Origin: Candidatus Eiseniibacteriota bacterium
GTDB lineage: Bacteria > Eisenbacteria > RBG-16-71-46
Length of the DNA stretch: 64,000 bases
Direction: 5' to 3'
Assembly: GCA_963744995.1 (NCBI GenBank)
Contig: CAVUWA010000002.1
Location: 928,001 to 992,000 of the forward strand
Positions 38,857-49,383 of this stretch are shown here, piece by piece. Each line of letters opens with the position of its first letter. Position 1 is the first letter of the stretch. A model generated the notes under the pieces. It was given only the letters and a program-made list of their open reading frames with translations, was not told the DNA's origin and ran no database searches. A program made the translations under genes and the position numbers.

Positions 38857-41800
38857 ATGCAGATCCGCTGCCGCAGCAGGCTGGCCGTCGCGGCCATGGT
38901 GCTCCTGGTTGCCGCCCTCTCGTCGGTTCCGGCCGGGGCCGCGTTTCAAACGTTCACGACCGCGGACGGGCTGGCGCAGGATGGCGTGCGCTCGATTCTC
39001 GAGGATGATTCCGGCGCGCTCTGGTTCGGAACCTACCTGGGTGGCGTCAGCCGTTTCGATGGCGTGACCTGGACCACGTACGACTCGGCGGGCGCAGCGC
39101 TCCCCGGGAACGACGTCTTCGATCTCCACCAGGACGCGGCCGGCGACGTCTGGGCGGCGACCAATCTCGGTGTGGCGCGTTTCGACGGCCGTTCCTGGCG
39201 CTCGTTCGACACGTCCGACGGCCTGCCGAGTCCGATCATCGAGCAGATCGCCGAGGACGGGGCCGGTCATCTCTGGTTCAGAGGGCAGGGGGGCGGCGTC
39301 ACCCGCTACGACGGCGCGACGTTCACCCGGTTCACGAGCGCGGACGGCCTCGCGAACGACGACGTGAGCGACATCACCATCGACCGTGCGGGAATGCCGT
39401 GGTTCGCGACCCGTGGCGGCGCCAGCCGCTTCGACGGCTCCAGCTGGACGACGCTGACCCGCGCGGACGGACTGGCGAGCGACGCGGTGACCCACATCCT
39501 CGCGGCGTCGGGGGGAGCATTCTGGTTCGCCGTCGACGGGCCCTATCTGTCGCGCTACGACGGACAGATCTGGACCACGTACTCCCTGGCGGACGGTCTT
39601 CCGGGAAACGTGCTGGCTCTATTCGAGGATGCGAATGCGAACATCTGGGCGGGCACCGCGGCCGGCGTCGGCCGCTTCGACGGTGCCGCATGGACGAGCT
39701 TCGACGTGAGCGACGGCCTCGCGGACGACGACGTGAATCAGATCGTTCAGGATCGAAAAGGGTTCCTCTGGTTCGGCGCCGACGTCTCCACCCTGGGCGT
39801 CACGCGATTCGACGGACGCTCGTTCGAAGCGTTCACGACCCGCGAGGGTCTCGCCGCCAACAGCGCGACACGTCTTCTGGTGGACGGCCCAGGCAACCTG
39901 TGGCTGACCTCGGCCGGCGGCGGCGTGACGCGCTTCGACGGCGTCTACGTCCGCCGGTTCGGGGCGCTGGACGGCATGGCGAGCGACTTCGTGCAGGCGC
40001 TGGCCGTCGACACGGCCGGCGTCCTGTGGGTCGGCACGCCGAACGGGTTGAATCGGTTCGACGGAACCCGCTGGAGCCTCTTCACGACGGCGGACGGCCT
40101 GCCGGGCAACAACGTGACGGCGCTGATGGAGCAGGCGGACGGCCGACTCTGGGCCGGCACCTCGGCAGGGGCGGCCACGTGGGATGGCGCCGCCTGGAGT
40201 CCCGTGCCGGCCGTCACGGACGCAGTGACCAGCTTCTTCGAGGATGCCGCCCGCGACGTCTGGGTCGGGACCAGCAATACGGGCGCATTTCGCTACGACG
40301 GCTCCGGCTGGACCGCGTTCGGCACACCCGACCTGATCTCGAACCGGGTGTTGTCGATCGCCCAGGACGCCGCGGGCGACCTCTGGTTCGGCACGCCCTC
40401 GGGCGCGAGCCGCTACGACGGAACCCTCTGGTTCGAGATCACCACCGTGCAGGGTCTGCCCTCGAACCAGGTGAACGCGCTGCGGCTCGCGGCGGACGGC
40501 GCCCTGTGGTTCGGCACCGAAGCCGGGGCGGGCCGTTACGACGGTCAGCAGTTCGTGACGTATGGAGAAACCGACGGGCTGGCCAGCAAGGCGGTGAAGA
40601 CGATCTACGAGGACGCCGACGGGGTCCTGTGGTTCGGGACTCTCTCGGGCGCCACCCGCTTCGATGGCCAGCGGTTCTGGACCTTCGGCGAAGGGGACGG
40701 GCTGAGCGGGCCGCGCGTCACGAGCATCGTCCAGGATCCAACCGACCGTTTCTGGTTCGGAACCCTGCTGGGACAGTCGGGGCTGACGCGCTACGAGCCG
40801 GATCGCGTGCCGCCGAGGGCCGTCATCGTTCCCGCGCCGCCGCCGCTCTCGAGCAGTCGCGACCTCACCTTCAACTACGCGGCCGCCTTCGGCGAGAACC
40901 GCGTCGAGTTCGAAACGTACTTCGACGGTGTGCGCCGTGCATGGAGCGGGCTGAACTTCTTCCAGCAGTCGGGCGTGTCCGACGGCGTGCACACGTTCGA
41001 GGTACGCGCCCGGGATCCGTTCGGCAACATGGAGGCGGCGCCCCGCAGCGCGTCGTTCGAGATCGACGCCACCCAGCCCGAGCCGCAGATCACCTCGCCC
41101 GGCGCCGGCGACGTCGTGCGTGGGCGCTTCGAGATCACCGGGACGACCGAGGACGCGCGTTTTCATGACGCGCGCCTCCTCGTGCGTCCGCTCGGCGAGG
41201 CGTCCTGGGAGCCGCCCGCGGCCACGCTGCTGCGGGCGGACTCGCTCCCCGTCGCGGGCGGTGTGCTGGCGACGTGGGACACGGACGCCTGGGATGAAGG
41301 CGACTATGAAATCGCGGCGTTCGTGGTCGACACGCTCGGGCTGATCGGCACGACGGGCCCGATTCGCGTGACGGTCGACAATCTGTTCCCGTACTTCGAG
41401 CAGACCGCGCCGGCCCGTGTGAGCGCGGCCACCGGCGGCAACGTCTATACGACCCACTCCGAGGTGAAGCTGTTCTTCCCGCCGAATGCCTTCGACCGTG
41501 ACGCCGAGGTGACGATCGACGCCGCCGCGGGTGTCCCGGACTCGCTCGGCCCGGGCATCGTGCGCGTCGCGCCCGCCTTCGACGTCGGCTGGGCCGGCGC
41601 GCGACTCGAGAAACCCGCCACGCTCGAGATGAGCTACGCCGGGGCATCCGTGGCGGCCGGCACCGCGCTCGCGGTGTATGCGGCGGCCGGCTCGACCTGG
41701 ACGCGCATCGGCGGGACGGCCGCGCCCGCGCGATCGATCGTCGGCGCCACGATCCATGGTCCGGCACGATATGCGCTCTTCTCGGAGGTCGAGCCCCCCG

Positions 41801-42111
41801 TGAGCGGGCGCTTTCTCCGCGACCTCACGCTCGCGCCGCGCGTGTTCTCGCCCGGCGGCGGGTTTTCGAACACGCGAGTCGCGATCGGATTCACGATCGG
41901 CCGCCCGGCGCCCGTCACGGTGAAGATCTACAACCGCGCGGGGCGACGCATCCGTACGGTCGCAGCCGGGCAGACGTTCAACAGCGGCTCGAACCTGGTC
42001 TACTGGGACGGCCTGGATCGCAACGGCCGGCCCGCGCTCGAGGGCGTTTACCTCGTCACGGTCGAAGCGCTGGACGAGAGACAGACGAAGACGCTCGCCG
42101 TCGTGAGATGA
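38857..42111 (+). CDS. Secreted two-component-regulator-propeller (Reg_prop) repeat protein with Ig-like and FlgD-Ig domains
   Basis: Many DGL....V..I..D..G.LWFGT..G..RFDG repeats; no kinase domain; tail IYNRAGRRIRTV...WDGLD...GVYLV. Confidence 0.85.
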   Translation: MQIRCRSRLAVAAMVLLVAALSSVPAGAAFQTFTTADGLAQDGVRSILEDDSGALWFGTYLGGVSRFDGVTWTTYDSAGAALPGNDVFDLHQDAAGDVWAATNLGVARFDGRSWRSFDTSDGLPSPIIEQIAEDGAGHLWFRGQGGGVTRYDGATFTRFTSADGLANDDVSDITIDRAGMPWFATRGGASRFDGSSWTTLTRADGLASDAVTHILAASGGAFWFAVDGPYLSRYDGQIWTTYSLADGLPGNVLALFEDANANIWAGTAAGVGRFDGAAWTSFDVSDGLADDDVNQIVQDRKGFLWFGADVSTLGVTRFDGRSFEAFTTREGLAANSATRLLVDGPGNLWLTSAGGGVTRFDGVYVRRFGALDGMASDFVQALAVDTAGVLWVGTPNGLNRFDGTRWSLFTTADGLPGNNVTALMEQADGRLWAGTSAGAATWDGAAWSPVPAVTDAVTSFFEDAARDVWVGTSNTGAFRYDGSGWTAFGTPDLISNRVLSIAQDAAGDLWFGTPSGASRYDGTLWFEITTVQGLPSNQVNALRLAADGALWFGTEAGAGRYDGQQFVTYGETDGLASKAVKTIYEDADGVLWFGTLSGATRFDGQRFWTFGEGDGLSGPRVTSIVQDPTDRFWFGTLLGQSGLTRYEPDRVPPRAVIVPAPPPLSSSRDLTFNYAAAFGENRVEFETYFDGVRRAWSGLNFFQQSGVSDGVHTFEVRARDPFGNMEAAPRSASFEIDATQPEPQITSPGAGDVVRGRFEITGTTEDARFHDARLLVRPLGEASWEPPAATLLRADSLPVAGGVLATWDTDAWDEGDYEIAAFVVDTLGLIGTTGPIRVTVDNLFPYFEQTAPARVSAATGGNVYTTHSEVKLFFPPNAFDRDAEVTIDAAAGVPDSLGPGIVRVAPAFDVGWAGARLEKPATLEMSYAGASVAAGTALAVYAAAGSTWTRIGGTAAPARSIVGATIHGPARYALFSEVEPPVSGRFLRDLTLAPRVFSPGGGFSNTRVAIGFTIGRPAPVTVKIYNRAGRRIRTVAAGQTFNSGSNLVYWDGLDRNGRPALEGVYLVTVEALDERQTKTLAVVR

Positions 42112-42373
42112 CCTGATCGCGGGAGCGGAGGGCACGGCCCCCCGCACCTGCCGCTCCGGCACGGGCCGCGGCGGCGCCAGCCGCATGGGAGTCGTCCGGC
42201 ATCGCGGGCGCGGACGCTGCGCTCATGCCCGGGCGCTGGATCCGAGGCCCGGCCGCCCGGTGGCAATCAAAGATCCTCGCCGGCGCGTTCGCGTCGGACC
42301 CGGCGGCGCCAGACGGCATCCGCAGCGGCGTTCCGATGCCCGTCGTCGCGACGACAGGCATGACGCCCGAGCC

Positions 42374-43339
42374 CTACTCGAGGACGACGATCCTCCCGGT
42401 GCGGGTCGGGCCGCCGTCGACCCGGAGCGCCACGAAGTAGAGCCCGGCCGGCACACGGCCGCCGCTCTCGTCCCGTCCGTTCCAGACCACCGTGCCCGGC
42501 CGGCCGGACGTGTGGCCGCGGAACAGCGTGCGCACGCGCCGGCCGCCGACCTCGTATACGGTGAGGTCGCCCGAGGCGCCGTTCGGAATCCGGAACTGGA
42601 AGCGGGCCGCCTCACGGAGCGGATTGGGTCCCAGCGACACGAGGCGTGCCTCACTCGTGAGCTCGCCCGGTGCGACGTCCACCAGTGCCGTCCGCGTGAA
42701 CGTGAAAGTCCCGACCAGGTTGCTCGTGGCAAACGGTCCGACCGTGTTCTCGAAGATGGGAACCGGCGGCATGGTCGGCTGGTTGGGCGACGCGTACGAG
42801 GGCCCGCTGTCCGTGCCCGCGTCGTAGACGTGCAGATCCACGGCGACCTGCGGAATCCACGCGCCGTTCTCGCGCAGGCTGAGACCCGAAACGCCCACGA
42901 ACCAGTCGGGACTCGGGGCCAGCATCGAGACGAGCGTGACGAGCGGATAGGCATCGTCCACGTCGAAGGTGAGCGATACCGATCCGGGGGAGACCCCGAT
43001 GCCGCCGCCCGACAGCACGCCGTCCGCGGTTCCCGCCGTGATCGCCGACTGCACTTCCTGCATCAGCGCCGTCTTGTCGCCGAGCTCGGCCATGTTCTTG
43101 ATGCCGAGGCTGGCCGGTCCACCGGCGTTCCAGAACGAGACCTGATCGGAGTGCGTTCCGCCGATGAGGCCCGAGAAGTGCGGGTTCGAGGGAAAATCCA
43201 GAGGATGGGTCGCCTGGCTCCAGGTGCTCTCGAACCTGACCTCATACTCGGTCGTCTCCGCCATGGCGTCGCCTGCCGCTGCGCTCCACAGGACGCCGAG
43301 GGCGGTGGCTGCGCCGCGGGCGGTTCTCGACAGTCTCAT
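42374..43339 (-). CDS. Secreted Spondin_N-domain protein with C-terminal FlgD-Ig/T9SS-like domain
   Basis: AGGAGG RBS; YEVRFESTWSQATHP, HFSGLIGGTH, MLAPSPDWFVG, YDAGTDSG. Confidence 0.88.
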   Translation of the reverse strand: MRLSRTARGAATALGVLWSAAAGDAMAETTEYEVRFESTWSQATHPLDFPSNPHFSGLIGGTHSDQVSFWNAGGPASLGIKNMAELGDKTALMQEVQSAITAGTADGVLSGGGIGVSPGSVSLTFDVDDAYPLVTLVSMLAPSPDWFVGVSGLSLRENGAWIPQVAVDLHVYDAGTDSGPSYASPNQPTMPPVPIFENTVGPFATSNLVGTFTFTRTALVDVAPGELTSEARLVSLGPNPLREAARFQFRIPNGASGDLTVYEVGGRRVRTLFRGHTSGRPGTVVWNGRDESGGRVPAGLYFVALRVDGGPTRTGRIVVLE

Positions 43340-43908
43340 CCGGTTCCTCCTGACGGTTCCAGGGCCGATCTTGCGGCCGCCGCCGATGATACCCTCCATT
43401 CCGATCGGCGTTCGAGGCCGATCGAGGCCGATTCGCTGCGGATACGAGATTCACCCGGCGAGTGTGAACACGTTTCGACGGGTCCCTGCGGCCGCGCCGG
43501 CGTCATTCACCCTGGAGCCCCCGGGCTGGATCCGCGGCTCGGTCGCGCGTCAGGACGGATGCGCCGAGCCGGAGCTCGGCTCGGCGCTCCACATGGGCGG
43601 GCTCCGTGGCCGCATGCTCGGCCGGGGCGATCGTGAACCGCGTCCGCGTCGCGCTCACGCCCGACGAACGATCGCGGCTCGCGAGCATGCGACCGGTCGA
43701 CCCGTTCGCGCCGATGTGGCCCGATCCGCGCTTTCAGGAAATCGCACGACGCGTCCACGCACTGCAGGGCGGGCCGCCAAACCGGAATCGGGCGGGACGC
43801 CGGGTGGCTTCCGGGCGATTCGGCGACGCCGCTGAAGGGTGAAGCGCCTGTCCCGCCGGCGCGCGGCGCGCAGAGGGCCCGCGGTGCCGTACCGGCCGCG
43901 GGCGCGCG

Positions 43909-44481
43909 TCATCCCCGCACTGCCGCTCTGCGGCGCCGCCGTCTCATCAGCCACACGATCGCGACGAGCAGCAGCACCGCGAGCACCGGCACCAGCACCG
44001 CCATGACCACGAGCGACAGCGAGAGCGCGTCCTCCACGGTGGAGACGATCGGGTTCGCGGTGCCCGCGGTGGCAGCCGTCGAGCCGACGCGCACGGTGCC
44101 CTTCAGCGCGTGGACGGCGAGCGAGCCACCGGCGAGCAGGGTCGCAACCGCCGCCGCCCAGGGCGATGGCCAGTGGATCAGCATCGCGTACGCGCCGATC
44201 CACGCCGCGACGGGGCGGATGAACGTGGCGATCGCGTCGAGTGCGTGATCCACGATCGGGATCTTGTCCGCGGCGATCTCGAGCAGCGTCGCGACGCCGA
44301 GCGCGATCAGGACGTTCGTGGAGGTCAGCCAGCCGACGTTCTCGTGGAGACCGATCAGGCCGAAGCGCGCCGCGAGCCCGATGAGAAACAACGGCAGGAA
44401 CGCACGCAGGCCGGTGGCCGCCGCGATGGCGATGCCGGCGAGCAGCGCGAGGCCGACACCGGCTTCCGGTCCGATCGTCAT
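43909..44481 (-). CDS. DUF4126 family membrane protein
   Basis: GLRAFLPL, EIAADKIP.VDHALD, RPVA, ANPIVSTVED. Confidence 0.88.
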   Translation of the reverse strand: MTIGPEAGVGLALLAGIAIAAATGLRAFLPLFLIGLAARFGLIGLHENVGWLTSTNVLIALGVATLLEIAADKIPIVDHALDAIATFIRPVAAWIGAYAMLIHWPSPWAAAVATLLAGGSLAVHALKGTVRVGSTAATAGTANPIVSTVEDALSLSLVVMAVLVPVLAVLLLVAIVWLMRRRRRRAAVRG

Positions 44482-44646
44482 GCTGTCCTCCCTGCGCGGC
44501 CGACCTGGTTCCTGCGAGCGCCCGGCGTCGCGGCGGGCGCCCCGCCGTTGCGCGCCTCCGAAGCGCTCTCTATGCTACCAGTCCGCCGCGCATCCGGCGT
44601 GGAACCGCCACGAGGGCCGCGCGACGTCCATGGAAGGAGCGCGCGC

Positions 44647-45882
44647 GTGTCGATGCCGGTGTCCACGTGGGTCGAGGTCGATCTCGACCGGCTCGGCGCG
44701 AATCTGCGGGCGATCCGCGGGACGATCGGCGCCGGACGCGAGATCCTGCTGGTCGTGAAGGCCGACGCCTACGGTCACGGTGCGGTCGAGATCGCCGAGG
44801 CCGCCGCCGCCGAGGGCGTGAGCCATCTCGGCGTCGCCACGCTGCACGAGGGCATTCAGCTCAGGCGCGCCGGATGCATGCTGCCGATCATCGCGCTCTC
44901 GCCGCTGCTGCCGAGCGAGATCGAAGAGGCGGTCGGCCACGATCTCGGCCCGAGCGTCGCCGACGCCGAATTCGCGCGCGCGCTGTCCGCTGCTGCGGTG
45001 GCCGCCGGGCGCGCCGTTCGCTGCCACGTCGAGGTGGATACCGGCATGGGGCGGACCGGCGTTCATCTGGACGAGGCCGAGGTGTTCGTCGCCATGCTGT
45101 CGGCCCTGCCCGGGCTCAGGCTCGCGAGCGTGTACACGCACTTCCCGGATGCGGACGCGGAAGACCTCGCTTTCACGCGCGGCCAGGTCCAGCGTTTCGA
45201 CGCCCTGCTCGAACGGCTGCGCGCGGCGGGTCTCGCGCCGCCGCGCGCGCACGCCGCCAACAGCGCCGGCACGGTGAATGTGCCCGAGGCGTACCTCGAC
45301 TGGGTGCGCGTCGGTCTGATCGCCTACGGCCAGCCGCCGCCGCACGCCGCGCAGCATCTGACCCTGGCGCCGGTGATGTCGTTCAAGAGCCGGCTGGTGC
45401 AGATCCGCGACATGCCCGCCGGTGCGTCGGTGAGCTACGGCCGCACGTTCGTCGCCGAGCGCCCGATGCGCATGGGCGTGGTCGCGGTCGGCTACGGCCA
45501 CGGTTATTCGTGGCTGCTCTCGAACCGCGGCCGGATGCTCGTCGGCGGGACGTCGGTGCCGATCGTCGGGCGGGTCACCATGGACCTGACCATGGTGGAT
45601 CTCGGTGGGGCGCCGGAGGCGAAGGTCGGCGACGAGGTCGTGCTGTTCGGTGAGCAGGGCGGCGCGTCGCTGCCGCTCGAAGAGGTCGCGCGGCTCAGCG
45701 AGACGCTGCCCTACGAGATCATGTGCACGATCGGCAAGCGGGTCGCGCGCATCTTCGTGCGCGGCGGGCGACCGGTGAAGCTGACGACGCTGGTCGGCGA
45801 AAGCGCCGAGTGGGCCGAGCGCGCCGCGGATCACTTCCGCATGCGGGCGCGCGCAGTCACCGCGGCGGAAGGCAGTCGCTGA
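44647..45882 (+). CDS. alr: Alanine racemase
   Basis: GAAGGAG RBS; VVKADAYGHG (PLP lysine), VDTGMGRTG, HAANSAG, VSYG, GRVTMD, YEI. Confidence 0.96.
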   Translation: MSMPVSTWVEVDLDRLGANLRAIRGTIGAGREILLVVKADAYGHGAVEIAEAAAAEGVSHLGVATLHEGIQLRRAGCMLPIIALSPLLPSEIEEAVGHDLGPSVADAEFARALSAAAVAAGRAVRCHVEVDTGMGRTGVHLDEAEVFVAMLSALPGLRLASVYTHFPDADAEDLAFTRGQVQRFDALLERLRAAGLAPPRAHAANSAGTVNVPEAYLDWVRVGLIAYGQPPPHAAQHLTLAPVMSFKSRLVQIRDMPAGASVSYGRTFVAERPMRMGVVAVGYGHGYSWLLSNRGRMLVGGTSVPIVGRVTMDLTMVDLGGAPEAKVGDEVVLFGEQGGASLPLEEVARLSETLPYEIMCTIGKRVARIFVRGGRPVKLTTLVGESAEWAERAADHFRMRARAVTAAEGSR

Positions 45883-45932
45883 TCCAGGCGTCCGGGAGGG
45901 GCCGGCCGGCGGCCGGGCCGCGGTGCGTGCCG

Positions 45933-48900
45933 CTATTTCATCCTGACGATCCGTTGTGATTTCTCGACGCGACCGGCGCTGAGCCGCGTCAGGTAGAGCC
46001 CCGGCGGAAGCAGGCGGCCCGCGTCATCCCGGCCGTCCCAGCGCACGGCGTGCGTTCCGGCCTCGAACCGGCCGCTCGCCAGAAGGCGCACGCGCCGCCC
46101 GCCGATGTCGTAGACGCGCAACGTCAGGGCGGACTCCACCGGGAGATCGAACCTCAACGTCGTGGCCGTACGGAACGGGTTCGGCGCGCCGGGGAAGAGC
46201 TGCAGCAGTGCGGGACGTGCGGCGTCCGCGACGTCCACGGTCGGCCCGTCGGGTGAGGCGTAGGCGCTCTCGTTGCCCGAGACGTCCACCGCGCTGATCC
46301 GGTAATACACCCCGCTCGCATCGTACGTCGGGTCGGTCCAGGCGTGGGCGGTCGTGGCATCGACGAGGTTGCCGGGCCCGGGTGTGAAATCGGGATCGGC
46401 GTCGCGATAGATACGGAAGTACTGGAAGTCCTCGTCGACGGGCGGATCCCACGAGAGCTGATTGCCGTCGCCCGTGGCGTAGCTGGCGACCGCGTTCGCG
46501 GGCACCATGGGAGCGAGGTTGTCGACCGAGTAACCCTGGTCCGGGTAGGAGTCGAACTGGACGCCGATCGCGGCCGTCACCGCGCGGATCATGAACGTCG
46601 AGTAGACGATTCCCGTGGCGGCCGTGGAATCGGCCAGCGTCGGGACCAGCACCGAGTAGGATTCGTCCGCCCGCGCGGGCACCGTGGCCACGTAGTCCCA
46701 GCCGGCGAGCTGGGGCGCGAGGACGCCGTCGCGCCCCGCCGCGGCGGCGGGAGCGAGCCCGGGCACCTGCTGGCGGTACACGTCGTACGCAACGATCGGC
46801 GTCGGCGAGCCGGCGCGGTCGTGCCCGCTGCGCACCCAGGTGATGCGCACCTGCCTGCCCTGATCGTTGCCGACGTCGGTGATCGACTCGATCTGGCCGA
46901 AATCGTAGAGCATGTCGACGGTGAGTTCGGTCATGACGGGATAGGCTCCCGGCACATGGGCGAGCGGTGTGGCGATCCAGCGCAGATCGGGGCCCGGGAC
47001 CGTGAAGTACTCCCACTCGGCCGAATCCGCCGCCACCGTCGTCGTCGCGCCGTCCGCGGACAGCTCGAACGTCATCAGCGGCGTGTGGACCGGCGTGATC
47101 CGGGCGGCGACGACGGCATCGGGCAGGGGATTGATGTTGGCGGACGTGGCGTCGCCCAACGGCGCCAGATAACGGCGATTCGTCGTGCGCCACATCTCGA
47201 GCCGTCCGTCGTCGCGTGCCAGGAACATCTCGTCGCCGTGAACGGTGACGCCTCTGGCGGCGCCCGGGCTCGACACGCCGACGTCCATCGCGGCCGGATC
47301 CGAGACGTCCACGCGGAGGAAGCTGTTGGCGTCCGTGGCGAGCCATGCATAGTTGCCCTCGATGAAGCAGTCGCGCGCCGTCCCCGTGTGATACGCGGTG
47401 TCGATCAGGGCGGGTGTCGTGGGATCCGACACGTCGTAGGAGCGGAACAGGTTCCCGCCGGCCACGTACAGAACGTCGCCCTCGAACCGGGTTGCGACCA
47501 CCGTGCCCAGGCCGGGCACGAGGCTGATCGGGGCGGGCGAAAGCGGGTTGCTGACGTCATACAGGAGGAGAAGACCGCTGTCTTCGAATGCCGCCAGGCC
47601 GCCGTCGACCGAAAAACCGGCGAGGGACGAACCGATGAGGCTCCCCATCGGAGCCGTCGCCGCCGGGTCGCTGACATCCCAGATCAGGATGGAGGCGCCG
47701 GTGAGGCCGCTGACGCGCGTGTAGGCGAGGTGGCCGGCCAGTTCGATCTGGGTGCACGAGGACAACAGGCCGACCGGATAGGAAAAAACCGTGACGGGGT
47801 TTGCGGGATCGGAGACGTCGGCAATGTAGAAACCGTCGGCGCCATTTGCGACGTAGGCGTAGTGGCCGTCCACTGCGACGTCGCGGGCGTCCGCATACGC
47901 CAGATGACCGACGGGGATCCCGAAGTCTTCCTTCGCGGTGGAGAGGATCGAGACGCCGTTCGCCTTCTCGGCGAGGTACGCGCGCGACCCCTGCACGGCG
48001 ACCTTCTGCGGGTCGCCGTCGGCGAAATACCAGCGGATGCCCGAGAGCGATGCGCCGCCGTTCTGCAGCACCTGCAGGCCGTCGCCGTCCGCCACGTAGG
48101 TCTGACGCGACGACACCGCAATGCCCTCCGCAGAGCCGGGGGTGTGGTACGCCGACACCACCGTCGGATCGGCCGGGTCGCTCACGTCGAGGTGGATCAC
48201 GCCGTTGCTGCGCCAGGCGACGTAGAGCGCGTTCCCGGACAGCGCGATACCGGAGACGTAGTTCCCAGGGGACCAGGTGGTCAGCGTGATCGGATTCGTG
48301 GGATCGCTGACGTCGTAGGATCGCACGCCGGTGTCGACGATCGACGCGTACAGATGGTTGCCGTCGACCTGGACGTCGACGAAGCTGGAGTTGCTGGCGT
48401 CCACGGCCACGACGGCCGGGCTCGTGGGGTTCGACACGTCGACGATCGACAGGTTGCTGCCGCGCGCGCAGTAGACGTAGCCGCCCTGAACCGCCAACCG
48501 GTAGCCGCTGCCGCCGAGCGCGACGCTGCCCAGCCATTTGGGCGCCGCGGGATTCGAGACGTCGAGGATCCGCAGCGAGTCGTTGAGCGCGACGTAAGCA
48601 CGGTTTCCCACGAGCTCGACATCGCCCACCTGTTCGCCGATGTGGCTGTACCGCAGCACGGGAAAGGCGAGGTCGGTGATGTCGAGGAGCCACGTGCCGT
48701 TGGTGGTGGCGAGCGCCGCCAGATCGCCCTCGACATCGAGTCCATTCACCGTCCCGTAGCTCCAGATCGTGTAGAGGGAGGGGGACGCCGGACTCTGGAT
48801 GTTCATGACCAGGACGCCCGCGCTCTGGGCCGCCATGAACAGCCGGTCGCCGCGGATCACCATGTCCACCGACCAGCCGGGCATGCCCGTCAGCGAGCCC

Positions 48901-49085
48901 ACCTGGCTCATCTGGAAGGGCTTCAGGGTGAGCGCTCCGGCAGTCGTGTCCCAGAGGATGGCCGGATCGAGCGGGCCGGCATAGGTCTGGGTGTCGAACG
49001 TTTCGGTGAATGACGCCCCGGCACGCGCGGCATGCGCCGCGAGCACGGTCGTCATGATGATCAGCAGGGCAGAAATGCGTCGCAT
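45933..49085 (-). CDS. Secreted LVIVD-repeat beta-propeller protein with FN3-like and FlgD-Ig/T9SS-like C-terminal domains
   Basis: Repeated V.V.G..AYVA....L.I.DVS.P..P; DVGNDQGRQV; APNPF...VYDIGGRRVRLL...WDGRDDAG...GLYLTRL. Confidence 0.88.
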   Translation of the reverse strand: MRRISALLIIMTTVLAAHAARAGASFTETFDTQTYAGPLDPAILWDTTAGALTLKPFQMSQVGSLTGMPGWSVDMVIRGDRLFMAAQSAGVLVMNIQSPASPSLYTIWSYGTVNGLDVEGDLAALATTNGTWLLDITDLAFPVLRYSHIGEQVGDVELVGNRAYVALNDSLRILDVSNPAAPKWLGSVALGGSGYRLAVQGGYVYCARGSNLSIVDVSNPTSPAVVAVDASNSSFVDVQVDGNHLYASIVDTGVRSYDVSDPTNPITLTTWSPGNYVSGIALSGNALYVAWRSNGVIHLDVSDPADPTVVSAYHTPGSAEGIAVSSRQTYVADGDGLQVLQNGGASLSGIRWYFADGDPQKVAVQGSRAYLAEKANGVSILSTAKEDFGIPVGHLAYADARDVAVDGHYAYVANGADGFYIADVSDPANPVTVFSYPVGLLSSCTQIELAGHLAYTRVSGLTGASILIWDVSDPAATAPMGSLIGSSLAGFSVDGGLAAFEDSGLLLLYDVSNPLSPAPISLVPGLGTVVATRFEGDVLYVAGGNLFRSYDVSDPTTPALIDTAYHTGTARDCFIEGNYAWLATDANSFLRVDVSDPAAMDVGVSSPGAARGVTVHGDEMFLARDDGRLEMWRTTNRRYLAPLGDATSANINPLPDAVVAARITPVHTPLMTFELSADGATTTVAADSAEWEYFTVPGPDLRWIATPLAHVPGAYPVMTELTVDMLYDFGQIESITDVGNDQGRQVRITWVRSGHDRAGSPTPIVAYDVYRQQVPGLAPAAAAGRDGVLAPQLAGWDYVATVPARADESYSVLVPTLADSTAATGIVYSTFMIRAVTAAIGVQFDSYPDQGYSVDNLAPMVPANAVASYATGDGNQLSWDPPVDEDFQYFRIYRDADPDFTPGPGNLVDATTAHAWTDPTYDASGVYYRISAVDVSGNESAYASPDGPTVDVADAARPALLQLFPGAPNPFRTATTLRFDLPVESALTLRVYDIGGRRVRLLASGRFEAGTHAVRWDGRDDAGRLLPPGLYLTRLSAGRVEKSQRIVRMK

Positions 49086-49383
49086 CGGAGCAGCTCCTCA
49101 GGGCCGAATCGCCCTCGGACAGGATCGTGACGGGTGCGTCGTTCGGTGTGTGGAACGCTAGGGGGCGGCGCTCACCGATCGCTCACAGCGCGCGGCGCCC
49201 GTCCCGGGCAGTTGCCGCAATCCGCTCTCTTGCCTAGAGTTCGGGCGTGGCGAATGCACGAAACCAGAAGCGGACACCGGGGACGTCCGCCGGCGAGCGG
49301 GCGCGCCCCGGGCCGGGTGAGCCCCCCGTTGCGCGTCACCGTGCGGTGGCCGTGACGGCGCCGCCGGTCACGGGACGCCGCTG

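Noticed and set aside
43606..43842. Short ORF with DPRFQEIARRV, resembling the tail of TPR-containing kinases/adenylate cyclases
   Set aside because: Only a ~12-aa resemblance with no upstream domain; at most a remnant.
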